A stretch of DNA of 64,000 nt from Rubripirellula sp. (lineage in GTDB: Bacteria > Planctomycetota > Planctomycetia > Pirellulales > Pirellulaceae), in contig OZ244207.1 in the NCBI GenBank assembly GCA_965216875.1, positions 1,376,001 through 1,440,000 of the forward strand. Reading direction: 5' to 3'. Shown here one piece after another: positions 9,630 through 19,306 of this stretch. How positions within the stretch are numbered: position 1 is the stretch's first letter; the number at the start of each line of letters is the position of its first letter. The notes below the pieces were generated by a model that did not search any database, was not told where the DNA came from, and saw only the letters and a list, made by a program, of their open reading frames with translations. The translations under genes and the position numbers were made by a program.

Positions 9630-10655
9630 TCACCGTCGTCGTCGGCCACGCGAATCGATTTGGCCGTCGCCATCTCGGTCTTCGCCGTAGGGGACTGCGC
9701 CTTCGAAATAGACGCCTTGCCGACGACCTTTGTCGACATGCTGTGAGTAGACTTTCTTGGCTGTCGTCGATGCGAAGGTGCGGTTTGCTTTCAGCAGCGT
9801 CTTGGTGATCTCGTCGCCGCTTGCGTCCAAGGAAATTTGGTGCATGACTTCACCCTTGAGTCCGAACTCGCCGGGTCGAATCACGACGATGCTCGGTTCT
9901 GATTTTGCTCCTTTGATTTGCGTTGTCCATTTCCTCTCGGTTTCGAAGTCGATGTGAAACCGTCCGACGATCGCTGGATTGTTGGCGACTTGCTTGAAGG
10001 ATTCTCGTAACTCGTCTTCGTTGTCGGGGGCATGCACAAGCACGAGGACACGTTGGTCGGCCGACGCGACATTGAGTGCTTGCCGGAAGCTATGGAAATC
10101 TTGAACCAAAGCCTCGCGTTGATCGTCGGTCGTTGGATAACGCAATGCCAATTGGTTGAGTGCATTGATCGCCGAGCTGGTACGTCGACCGAAGAGGTGC
10201 TCGGGACCGCGATGCGCGCTTGACAACCAATCTTGGCCGTCGGGTGACAGCAACACAAAGACGCTGTTTTCGAATCGACCGTTCAGGAAAGTGCGAACGT
10301 ACTTTTGATACGTTTCACTTTCATAGGAATCGATGCGGACGCATACGAAATCACGTGTGGCGTTGATGAATTCTTTCGTCGCGAACAGACCGTTCTGCGT
10401 GGCGGTGTAGCCGGGTCAGAAGACTCCCGAGATTCCGTGGCACTGCGTGGCGGCGGCAACAAACATGATCGGTCGTCCGCTACGTTTCGCTTCGGCAAGT
10501 CCCGTCTCCCAGGTCGTGTACCATTTGATTCCGGGAGCACCCAACGCGAGTTTTGAGGCTCCAAGATCGGACGGGCGCGGACCTTGAGCCGACACGCTTG
10601 TGGCGGTCAAAAGGAGCCCCAAGAGGGCGAGTCCTGTTGGAAATCGATAAAACAC
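9630..10655 (-). CDS. exported thioredoxin-like protein with in-frame TGA (candidate selenoprotein, Sec80)
   Basis: GTG start at 10655 after GGGAGA, a signal peptide, then KWYTTWETGLAEAKRSGRPIMFV (Trx-like N-terminus). The frame reads QCHGISGVF-TGA-PGY and stays open to 9630 (341 aa in total), with a SECIS-like hairpin right after the TGA. Confidence 0.75.
10380..10399 (-). promoter_or_regulatory. putative bacterial SECIS hairpin
   Basis: mRNA CGC(A)GAAC-GGUCU-GUUCGCG forms a 7-bp stem with a bulged A and a GGUCU loop at +25 to +29 from the UGA. Confidence 0.6.
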
Positions 10656-10793
10656 GCTATTCTCCCGGCGCAATTGGATTTCTCGTCTCCCATTTAACAC
10701 GTGGTGACCATCGAGGTTTCCACAGGTAGCAGCGAGATTTTGCAAAAAATGCGGGCAAGCGTCCCTTCATCCGATACGTGTGAGACCGACTGA

Positions 10794-11363
10794 GTGGAAG
10801 CCCTGATCTTTGATTGCGATGGTACGTTGACCGACTCGATGCGAGCCCACTGGGTCGCGTGGCGAGACGCACTTCGCCGACAAAACATGGAATTGGACGA
10901 GCAGAGTTTTTATCAACACTCGGGCACGCCCTCCAAACGCGTGATCCCAATGTTGGCGGCCGAGCAGGGAGTGACGGTGGAGTTTGAGCGCGCGCTTGCT
11001 GATAAAGAAGAGTTCTTTCTTCAGTCGCTCGAACTCCTGGAACCGATTCCGCGTGTTGTTGAAATCGCTGATGCTCATCGCGGAAAAACAAAGATGGCGG
11101 TTGCCAGTGGTGGCACGCGGCGTCTGGTCCATCACCAACTCAAGCAAGTGGGCATCTTCGACTGGTTCGACACCATCGTGACCTGCGAAGACACTGAGAA
11201 GCACAAACCCGATCCTGATGTTTTTCTCGAAGCAGCGCGGCGATTGGAAGCCAAGCCGCAACACTGCCGAGTCTACGAAGATGGATTGCCGGGTTTCGAA
11301 GCCGCGCGGCGAGCCGGCATGGAGTGCATCGACGTCAGAACGATGACGGTGATCACGCCGTAG
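10794..11363 (+). CDS. HAD-superfamily phosphatase (YqaB/beta-PGM-like)
   Basis: Motifs LIFDCDGTLTDS, AVASGG, KHKPDPDVFL, VYEDG...AARRAGM. Confidence 0.92.
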   Translation: MEALIFDCDGTLTDSMRAHWVAWRDALRRQNMELDEQSFYQHSGTPSKRVIPMLAAEQGVTVEFERALADKEEFFLQSLELLEPIPRVVEIADAHRGKTKMAVASGGTRRLVHHQLKQVGIFDWFDTIVTCEDTEKHKPDPDVFLEAARRLEAKPQHCRVYEDGLPGFEAARRAGMECIDVRTMTVITP

Positions 11364-11549
11364 GTCATGCTCTGCATCGTCGCCTTTCGCTCCGAGGCGG
11401 TTGTAGGGCCTGACGCTAGCGGTTCGTAGTACCGCCTTCAGGCGGATTGCATAAGAATTCCCGTGAGGCGAACGCGCTAGCGTCGCGGATTGGAGTTACG
11501 GTGACATGAGGTAAAGTGCTTGCCCTGGTTAACGCGTGCTCCAACAATC

Positions 11550-11654
11550 ACCCTCCCGCTTGCGGGAGGGTCGGACGCAAAGTCCGGGGAGGGAATGAAC
11601 CGTTGCAAAAGACCCTCTCCGGGCCTTAGAGCCCGACTCTCCCAAGGGAGAGTG
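11550..11654. repeat. REP-like composite palindrome (CCCTCCC..GGGAGGG family), copy 1
   Basis: A closely similar ~100-nt multi-hairpin element lies at 23998-24098. Both sit between convergent genes. Confidence 0.85.
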
Positions 11655-11774
11655 TTAACGTGCGTAAGTAGTTGCTCTGGTGGCACCAAGATTGCAATCC
11701 GCGGCCCTAGCGTCGGGCTCTTGGCCACCTGCTGAAGCGTTCAAGGCTCTGCCGGTGACGCGATCGCGGCTCAA

Positions 11775-13016
11775 TTACTTCATCACCTTGCGCATCCATG
11801 CCATGGCTGCTTTGGCGATCCTTGGCTGCAGGATGTCGGGGTGGCCGGCCATCATCGTTTGGGTCGCGTAGATCTTGCCTTCTGGCGATTGAACGACCAA
11901 ACGCACGTCACCGCCGGGCTGAGGATGATCGGGCGTTGGTACCAGGGACGGGTACTCGTCGATCATGAGTAGCCAGTCGCTTTGTAGCTTTTCGCGGAAC
12001 CATGTGAGCGCCTCCGCTTCGTCAGCACTGCCGGTAATCCGAGTCACATCTTCGGCGGTCGCCAGCGAAACTCCACCTCGAAATGCGGGGGTGTCTCCGA
12101 GTGCGGCGAACCAGTCACCAAGTGGTGCGGCGTGGCCGAGTTCGATCAACGACATGGTTTGCTGGCGATCGATCAGTGTTTTTTCGATGGCGTGTTGCTG
12201 TTCAAAACCTTCACCGTCGCCAAAATGCAAATCGCCGACGCGCTCGAGAATCTCCTGGCGAGTTTCCTCGATCATCCGTTCACATTGCACGTCCGATTCG
12301 GCGATCGCGGTGATTCGCAGCGAAATCGTTGCGGCGCTCACCGTGATTCCCACTCGCGGTTGACGGTCTCGGGCGATCATCGTGCCGAGCCGCTGTTCCA
12401 TGTCACTTTCGCCGGTCCCAAAGAACTTCATCACGAGGTGTTGGATACAGCTTGCACCTCCGGTTTGATCGAGCACGCGATGCATGACGGTGTCGTCAAA
12501 CATCCGCTTCATTTCCGCGGGCACACCGGGAAGTGCATAGATATGACACTCGGGTTGGTTCTCGCGCGGTACGGCAAGATCAACCCCCGGGGCCGTGCCC
12601 TGAGGATTGAAAATCTCGTCGCTACCTTCGGGGAACATCGCCTGGGCCTTATTCCGCTCAGGCATTTCGCGATTGCGTCGCGAAAAGATCTGTTCGATGT
12701 GAGCAAGCGCCGACTGACGCAAGACCAGCGGACGATCGACCATTGCGGCGAGCGCTTCGCGGGTCAGGTCGTCGCGCGTCGGACCGAGTCCTCCGGTCGA
12801 AACGACAACGTCGACGCGCCGCGCTGCGGTGCGAAAGACTTCGATGTTGTCGGCAAGCGTGTCTGCGACCGTTGTGTGATGCGTGACCACCACGCCCAGT
12901 TCGCCCAGTCGCCGACTGAGCCATTGGCCGTTGGTGTCTAGTCTTGCACCGCTGGTCATTTCGTCGCCGATTGAAATGACTTCAGCGGTCAGATTCCGTC
13001 TGTTCGACTCGCTCAT
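11775..13016 (-). CDS. cinA: CinA-family protein (molybdopterin-binding-like N-domain; degenerate PncC-like C-domain)
   Basis: Motifs AEVISIGDEM...DTNGQWL, STGGLGPTRDDLT, NPQGTAPG, LPGVPAEM, FGTGES. Confidence 0.85.
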   Translation of the reverse strand: MSESNRRNLTAEVISIGDEMTSGARLDTNGQWLSRRLGELGVVVTHHTTVADTLADNIEVFRTAARRVDVVVSTGGLGPTRDDLTREALAAMVDRPLVLRQSALAHIEQIFSRRNREMPERNKAQAMFPEGSDEIFNPQGTAPGVDLAVPRENQPECHIYALPGVPAEMKRMFDDTVMHRVLDQTGGASCIQHLVMKFFGTGESDMEQRLGTMIARDRQPRVGITVSAATISLRITAIAESDVQCERMIEETRQEILERVGDLHFGDGEGFEQQHAIEKTLIDRQQTMSLIELGHAAPLGDWFAALGDTPAFRGGVSLATAEDVTRITGSADEAEALTWFREKLQSDWLLMIDEYPSLVPTPDHPQPGGDVRLVVQSPEGKIYATQTMMAGHPDILQPRIAKAAMAWMRKVMK

Positions 13017-13485
13017 CGTTTTCTTGTTCTTGATACAAAGAGGCATGGGGCTGCCGGATTGTAAGGGTCAAGGCACGTTTTGGCACTTGCCCCAAGATCA
13101 AGACACGATTGAGTTGATGATCGTTGCGATCAAACAGGACGCGATGTTCCATCCAATTCGGCCGCTGACGATCAGCTGGCTCGATTTCGAAGTACCACCA
13201 AACATGCGAGCGTTTGTTTTCGCGGCCCACCCAGTGGTACGTCACCAGTCCGTCTTGGTCCTTTCGTGTCTTGGCTTTGTCGACACGAAAAGTCTGCCGC
13301 AGGTAATCGATCACCCACTTTGAATCTTCACGTTTGTTGGCCAGTTCACCTCGGAGCCGTTGTTCATCAAGCGGCCCAAGCCGCATTGCGACTTCGAGTC
13401 GGTTGGTTCTTCGGTTCCATTCGACTTCGGTGTAGGTCTCGTGGACCGGATGCATCAGGAGCGATGTGAGAAGCAGAGCAAGCAT
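12982..13485 (-). CDS. DUF6702-like exported protein
   Basis: Short signal followed by HPVHETYTEVEWN...LEVAMRL. Lies directly downstream of an M1 peptidase. Confidence 0.65.
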   Translation of the reverse strand: MLALLLTSLLMHPVHETYTEVEWNRRTNRLEVAMRLGPLDEQRLRGELANKREDSKWVIDYLRQTFRVDKAKTRKDQDGLVTYHWVGRENKRSHVWWYFEIEPADRQRPNWMEHRVLFDRNDHQLNRVLILGQVPKRALTLTIRQPHASLYQEQENDERVEQTESDR

Positions 13486-13491
13486 TCGACG

Positions 13492-16119
13492 TCACTCCTT
13501 GTCTTCGCTGTCGTCGTCGCCAGATGTCGCAGGCTCAGGCTCTTGGTCGGAGGGTTCTTTGTCTGCCGGCTCTTTGTCCTCCGTCTGATTATCGGAGGGC
13601 TTTTCTGGCGTCTCAGGCTTCTCTTTCGAATCCGATTTTGGTTCAGGCTTGTCTTCGGATTGATCGTCTTTGTCGCTGTCCTGTTTTGACGGCTTCTTTT
13701 CGTTGTTCTTGTCGTCGTCGGAAGCCACTTTCTTTTTGATGGCTTCTTCCTTGGTCGTGAATCCGCCTTTTTCTTTTTTCTTGCCGAGGCCGGCACGCTG
13801 CATTTCGTTGGAGCCCTTACCACTCTTGTAGAGCTTGAATCGGCTTGGGACCAATCGCGGCGGCCAATGGTTGTTGGAGACCTCGGTATCGGCGGTTTGG
13901 CGTTTGGGATCGATTTCGATGCGAGTGATTTCTTTGTCCGTGATGATCAATCGGCTCGCTTTGGAGCTGTCATGACGCCAGATCTGTACCGGAAAGGTCA
14001 TCATTTCGCTTGTGCTGTCGGCATAGTGAACGCGGATGATGATCGGCATCACCAAGCCGCCGACGTTGCGAAAGCGAACGACATAGAAATTCGTTGACCG
14101 CCGCAGCAAAGCATGTTGCTCGTCGTCGAGTCCGTCGAGGTATTTTTGGTAGGCCTTGCGAGCCGACTCTTCAACCTTGCTTGGGTCGTAGTCGTCGCTG
14201 TTGTAGTAATCCTTCAGACCGGGTTGCCAGTCGATGCGTTTGGGCAATTCCGCATTGCGTTCTTTGGTGACGGTGTCATCGCGGGCTTCTTTGTCTTTGC
14301 GTTTTCGCTCGGCGGCTTCATCAGGATCGCTGTTGTCGATTTGGTAGAGCTTCACTTCATCGATCGCGATGTCGACGTGATCGGTGCTGTAGAACCAACC
14401 ACGCCAAAACCAGTCGAGGTCGACACCTGAGGCATCTTCCATCGTGCGAAAGAAATCGGATGGAGTAGGCCGTTTGAACTTCCAACGCAGCGCGTACTCA
14501 CGAAAGGCAAAGTCAAACAGTTCGCGCCCCAGAATGGTTTCACGAAGAATGTTGAGCGCCGTGGCCGGTTTTGAATAGGCGTTTGGTCCAAACTGCAAAA
14601 TCTCTTCGCTGCCCGTCATGATCGGGCGTTGGTTGCCGCCGCGCATGTATCCGACAATGTTTTCGGGATCGCCGCGGCGAGAGGGATAATCTTCTTCCCA
14701 CTCCTGTTCGGCCAAGTATTGAAGGAACGTGTTCAGACCTTCGTCCATCCATGTCCACTGCCGTTCGTCGCTGTTGACGATCATGGGATAGAAGTTGTGG
14801 CCGACCTCGTGAATGATGACCGAGATCAAACCGTACTTGGTTGCTTTGGAATACGTTCCGTCCGATTCGGGACGCGGGCCATTGAAGCAGATCATCGGGT
14901 ATTCCATCCCGTAGATTGGCCCGTTGACGCTGATGGCGACTGGATAGGGATAGTCGAACGAATACCTTCCATACACTTCCAAGGTGTGGGCGACCGCCTC
15001 GGTCGAATACTGACTCCACAGCGGTTCGCCTTCGTTAGGCCAAAACGACATTGCCAGGACTTTCTTGCCGGCAACGTCGACGCCCATCGAGTCCCAGATG
15101 AACTTTCGACTGGCTGCGAAAGCAAAGTCACGAACGTTTTCGGCGTGGAAGATCCACGTCTTGGTCTCGTCACTCCGTTTGGATTCGTTCGCTTTTGCCT
15201 CTTCGGGAGTAATCACGAAGACGGGCTTCTTGGCCTTTTTTGACTCGGCGAGCCGCTGGATCCATTTGGGATCCAGGACCTCTTTTTCGTTTTGCAGTTC
15301 GCCGGTTGCGCTGACGACCATATTCTTGGGCGCCGTGATGCGAACTTCATAGTCACCAAGTTCGAGAGTGAATTCGCCGCGGCCGAGGAATTGCTTGTGT
15401 TGCCATCCGGTGTAGTCGGTGTAGGCGACGATTCGCGGAAACCACTGAGCGATTTCGTAGAGATAGTTCTTGTCTTCTTCGAAGTACTCGTAGCCCGCGC
15501 GTCCGCCGATCAGCTTGGCGTCGATGATGTTGTACCAGAAGTCGATGTTGATCTCGGTTGAATCGCCGGGGGGAAGTGGACGATCCAAGTCCAACCGCAT
15601 CATCGTTTTGACGGTGACATGTTCGATGGGGTCGCCATCGCGGTCGGTGACCGATTCGATCTTGAATCCACCGTCGAATGTTTCGCGAGCCAAGATTGAC
15701 CGAAGCGAGTTGAACGAAACGCGCGACGACAAATTGGGTGCGGCTGACGTGCGAGCTGCATCGGAGTCGGGTCGGAAGCGGTTTTGATCAAGCTGGATCC
15801 ACAAGTACTTCAGCGTGTGTGGCGAGTGATTGTGGTACGTGATCTTTTCGCTGCCCTTGAGTCGCTGATGTTTGTCATCGAGCGTAACGTCGATCACATA
15901 GTCCGCGCGTTGTTGCCAATAGGCCGGACCGGGGGCGCCTGATGCGGTGCGGAACGAGTTGGGCGTCGGGAGCCATGATTCGATCTGATAGAAGCGGTCG
16001 ATCGAATCGGTATGTTTCGAGTTTGTAAGCGGCTGGGCGCTGGCGACCGAGCATAGTGAGGCCAAGCAAGTGAGGTAGGACAGGAGAGCAAGAGCGGCAC
16101 GGGAGGTGTTGCGAATCAC
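13492..16119 (-). CDS. M1-family metallo-aminopeptidase (exported)
   Basis: Motifs YWQQRADY, GMEYPM, HEVGH...WMDEGLNTF (HExxH-x18-E). Acidic, low-complexity C-terminal tail. Confidence 0.93.
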   Translation of the reverse strand: MIRNTSRAALALLSYLTCLASLCSVASAQPLTNSKHTDSIDRFYQIESWLPTPNSFRTASGAPGPAYWQQRADYVIDVTLDDKHQRLKGSEKITYHNHSPHTLKYLWIQLDQNRFRPDSDAARTSAAPNLSSRVSFNSLRSILARETFDGGFKIESVTDRDGDPIEHVTVKTMMRLDLDRPLPPGDSTEINIDFWYNIIDAKLIGGRAGYEYFEEDKNYLYEIAQWFPRIVAYTDYTGWQHKQFLGRGEFTLELGDYEVRITAPKNMVVSATGELQNEKEVLDPKWIQRLAESKKAKKPVFVITPEEAKANESKRSDETKTWIFHAENVRDFAFAASRKFIWDSMGVDVAGKKVLAMSFWPNEGEPLWSQYSTEAVAHTLEVYGRYSFDYPYPVAISVNGPIYGMEYPMICFNGPRPESDGTYSKATKYGLISVIIHEVGHNFYPMIVNSDERQWTWMDEGLNTFLQYLAEQEWEEDYPSRRGDPENIVGYMRGGNQRPIMTGSEEILQFGPNAYSKPATALNILRETILGRELFDFAFREYALRWKFKRPTPSDFFRTMEDASGVDLDWFWRGWFYSTDHVDIAIDEVKLYQIDNSDPDEAAERKRKDKEARDDTVTKERNAELPKRIDWQPGLKDYYNSDDYDPSKVEESARKAYQKYLDGLDDEQHALLRRSTNFYVVRFRNVGGLVMPIIIRVHYADSTSEMMTFPVQIWRHDSSKASRLIITDKEITRIEIDPKRQTADTEVSNNHWPPRLVPSRFKLYKSGKGSNEMQRAGLGKKKEKGGFTTKEEAIKKKVASDDDKNNEKKPSKQDSDKDDQSEDKPEPKSDSKEKPETPEKPSDNQTEDKEPADKEPSDQEPEPATSGDDDSEDKE

Positions 16120-16334
16120 CAGTGGGTTGCCTTTGGAGCGAGAGCGAAAACAGAAAGGTCAGGTGGGGCGTCACGTCACTGTTTCCAGCGGATGACGGTT
16201 GGAGGCGATGAGGGGGTGATTCTCGATGCCTCGGGAATGAATAGGTCACAGTGTAGTCCGCCCGTTGCCAATCCTGGGAAATCGCACCATCCTGTAGGCT
16301 AGGGAACACACTTTTTTTCTACCCACCACCGTCT

Positions 16335-17552
16335 GTGACGAATTTGACTCGCCCCGCCCGCTCCATCGGTTATTGCACCAACGTCCACGCTGGCGTTGAC
16401 CTTCCCGCAATTCGCGAAAACCTGCTTGAATTCGCGGTCCCTGCTCGCTCACTTGTCGTTGACAACGACATGGATCCCCTGGGGGTCGGCTTATGGTTGC
16501 CTGCCGAGGCGGCTCGCCAGCTTTCCTCCGGTGGCGAAGCTTCGAGCCTTGCCGATTTCCTGCGTCAGAACCGCTTGCGTCCCTACACGATCAACGGCTT
16601 CCCTTACGACAACTTTCATCAAGACGTCGTCAAGCTCCAGGTCTACAAGCCGACTTGGTGGGAAAGCGAGCGACTTGAATACACCAAACAGCTCGCCGAT
16701 GTGCTCGAGGGATTGCTCCGTGGCGAGGACGAATCGGCAGTCGGTTCGATCAGCACACTGCCGATCGGATGGCCGGACGCGGAGGCGACCGCCGAGAACC
16801 TTGACCAAGCGGGCGCCAATCTAAGATCGCTTGCCGATCATCTACGACAGATCGAAGCCAAGACGGGTCGCCGAATCGTTGTTGCGATCGAGCCTGAACC
16901 GGGGTGCATTCTCGACACCACCGCAGACGTGATGGATTGGTTTGAGAAGCACTTGCCCGAGACGCATCACCGAAAGTACTTAACGGTCTGCCACGACATC
17001 TGTCACTCAGCGGTGATGATGGAACCGCAACCGACGGTATTGCGGCAACTTGCCGACGCTGGGATCACGATTGGCAAGGTCCAAGTCAGTAGCGCGATTG
17101 TTGTTGATTTCGCGAGCGGTGACGCGTCTGACAAATCAGCAAAGGTCGACCAGCTTCGCGCCTTTGCCGAGGATCGCTACATGCATCAAACCGGGCGTCT
17201 TAAACTTGATGGTTCCTTCGAACTTTGTGATGACCTGCCCGAGTTGATCGTCGATTTCGATCGGGACGGTGAATCGAGGAGCGACCAGCGCTGGGTCGTC
17301 CACTTCCATGTGCCGATTTTCCTTCAGCAGTTCGGTGCGCTGGCCACCAGTCAGCAGGATGTGCTCGAATGTCTGCGAACCCTATCCGGCGACGACGGCT
17401 CTAACCAATCAGCGATCGACTTCACGGGACATCTCGAGATCGAAACCTACGCCTGGACCGTTCTTCCTGAGCCTATGCGACAGCGGGGCCTCGCGGCCGA
17501 TATCGCTGCCGAGTTCCAATGGCTCGATGGGGTGCTTCGCGGGATGGTCTAG
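16335..17552 (+). CDS. eboE: EboE-family xylose-isomerase-like TIM-barrel protein
   Basis: Motifs YCTNVHAG, GLWL, TINGFPYDNFH, EPEPGC, DICH, GKVQVSSA, HFHVPIF, LEIETYAW. Confidence 0.88.
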   Translation: MTNLTRPARSIGYCTNVHAGVDLPAIRENLLEFAVPARSLVVDNDMDPLGVGLWLPAEAARQLSSGGEASSLADFLRQNRLRPYTINGFPYDNFHQDVVKLQVYKPTWWESERLEYTKQLADVLEGLLRGEDESAVGSISTLPIGWPDAEATAENLDQAGANLRSLADHLRQIEAKTGRRIVVAIEPEPGCILDTTADVMDWFEKHLPETHHRKYLTVCHDICHSAVMMEPQPTVLRQLADAGITIGKVQVSSAIVVDFASGDASDKSAKVDQLRAFAEDRYMHQTGRLKLDGSFELCDDLPELIVDFDRDGESRSDQRWVVHFHVPIFLQQFGALATSQQDVLECLRTLSGDDGSNQSAIDFTGHLEIETYAWTVLPEPMRQRGLAADIAAEFQWLDGVLRGMV

Positions 17553-17683
17553 GCGACGAGATCGCCAAGCCGACCGAGCGGTGGAGCTCGCTGCAAATCG
17601 GAGCTCTACAACAATTCGACGATTCCGAGTACAACGCTGGTCCGAGCCTTATTAACCACACCTGAAAGAGAACCCTTCGATCG

Positions 17684-18400
17684 ATGATTGAACTAGGCGT
17701 CAACATTGACCACGTTGCCACTTTGCGACAAGCGCGCCGAACCTACGAGCCTGATCCCGTGATCGCAGCGGCGATGGCCGAGCAGGGTGGGGCCGATGGG
17801 ATCACCTTTCACCTCCGCGAAGACCGCCGACACATTCAAGAACGTGACGTCGAATTGCTCGTTCAAACAGTGACAGTCAAAACGAACTTTGAAATCGCCT
17901 GCGCAGACGACGTGGTTTCGATTGCTTGCCGAGTCAAACCAGACTGGGCGTTGCTCGTCCCCGAAAGTCGCGAAGAAGTGACGACTGAAGGTGGACTCGA
18001 TGTGGCCGCTGACAAAGGTCGTGTTGCAGACGCAATCAAACGACTTCAGGACGCCGGTATTCTGGTCAGTCTTTTTGTTGATCCCGATGTACACCAAGTC
18101 GAAGCGTCAGCCGAACTCGGTGTCGACGCCGTCGAACTGCATACGGGACCCTACGCGCTCGCTCGACGCGATGATCGGACCAATGAGCTGGCACGCTTGA
18201 TCGAATCGGGTCGGGTGGCCAATGCCGCGGGCATGCGTCTCCATGCAGGCCACGGACTCAATTACGTCAACGTCCGGGATGTTGCCGCAATTCCGAACAT
18301 GGTCGAGTTGAACATTGGGCACTCGATTGTGAGTCGTGCGGTGATGGTAGGGATGCGCGACGCAGTCTCTGAGATGCGGCGAATTCTGGATTTAGCTTGA
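17684..18400 (+). CDS. pdxJ: pyridoxine 5'-phosphate synthase
   Basis: Motifs [50 protein letters not shown]. Confidence 0.97.
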   Translation: MIELGVNIDHVATLRQARRTYEPDPVIAAAMAEQGGADGITFHLREDRRHIQERDVELLVQTVTVKTNFEIACADDVVSIACRVKPDWALLVPESREEVTTEGGLDVAADKGRVADAIKRLQDAGILVSLFVDPDVHQVEASAELGVDAVELHTGPYALARRDDRTNELARLIESGRVANAAGMRLHAGHGLNYVNVRDVAAIPNMVELNIGHSIVSRAVMVGMRDAVSEMRRILDLA

Positions 18401-18560
18401 ACGTCGGCCTGCATCTGGTTTGAACGTCAGCTTGCGCCGGAGCGTTCTGGTTCCCAGCGTATCCAAATAGGTGGACCTTTGCGCAGTTGCCCCTGCTGTG
18501 CACAACGTAGAATGGAGCCATTGGCACGACGGGCACCATTCACGGGGAGGTTTGTGTGGG

Positions 18561-19298
18561 ATGGCTGGGCACAAGGCAGGCGCCAAGCGAACACCGCATA
18601 CGATTCCAAGTAAGTCGCAAGGTGAAGGCAAGCAAACACTTCAGCTTTTGACTGCGATCAGCGCATTGTTTCAGACGGTCATCGCGATCGTCCTTGGAAT
18701 CTTTTCGATCTATCTTATTGTCGCGATCGAAGCGAGCGAGAAGCGGATTCAGGAGCAACTCAGCACGATCGAGCTCAATGTAGCCTCGAGTACGCGCATG
18801 TCGCCAACGCGCCAGCTGACCATTACCGATTTGGGACCGGCGAGCGATCCTAACAGCCGCGCCTATCGGGTTCGTTTTGAGTATGAGTTTGTTAACAACA
18901 GCGACAAAAAGGTTGAGGTTTCTTACGCAATCGTTCATGCGTTGATGGCAGAAACCCCCGAGCTAACCGCCGGAACGGTGATTAACCTGAAACAGTCGGG
19001 CGGCGACCTGGCATGGGTCAACGTTCTGAACCAAGGCAACTATTTCAAACCGAATTGGACCAGCGCAAAGAAGGTAACCTGTCCAGACGGTAAGAAGATG
19101 CAATTGGCCAAGGGGGGCGGTGGGACCGGGATTTTGCATTCGGGCGAAACTTCGGCAGGTATGGCCGATTTTGTACTCGTCGGCAAACCAGGTGATGCGA
19201 TTGCCGTGAAGGCCGCCTTTGGATTCGACGACAACCAGGAACACGCAGAGCACTGGAAAGCGACGCTATCGGACATTCTTCCAAACCCTGAGACTTAG
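18561..19298 (+). CDS. hypothetical membrane-anchored protein
   Basis: ATG 18561 follows GGGGAGG. An N-terminal TM segment precedes a beta-rich domain; the start is uncertain. Confidence 0.65.
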   Translation: MAGHKAGAKRTPHTIPSKSQGEGKQTLQLLTAISALFQTVIAIVLGIFSIYLIVAIEASEKRIQEQLSTIELNVASSTRMSPTRQLTITDLGPASDPNSRAYRVRFEYEFVNNSDKKVEVSYAIVHALMAETPELTAGTVINLKQSGGDLAWVNVLNQGNYFKPNWTSAKKVTCPDGKKMQLAKGGGGTGILHSGETSAGMADFVLVGKPGDAIAVKAAFGFDDNQEHAEHWKATLSDILPNPET

Positions 19299-19306
19299 TT
19301 GGGCAC

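Noticed and set aside
10416..10745. Independent 109-aa gene plus a separate 208-aa gene at 9630-10256
   Set aside because: Both are in the same frame and the stop falls mid-fold at the redox position. The downstream GTG start lacks an evident RBS and would drop 53 well-formed codons. Kept only as an alternative to recoding.
13492..13760. Repetitive acidic tail of the M1 peptidase as a DNA repeat element
   Set aside because: It is a low-complexity protein tail with no discrete nucleotide repeat unit.
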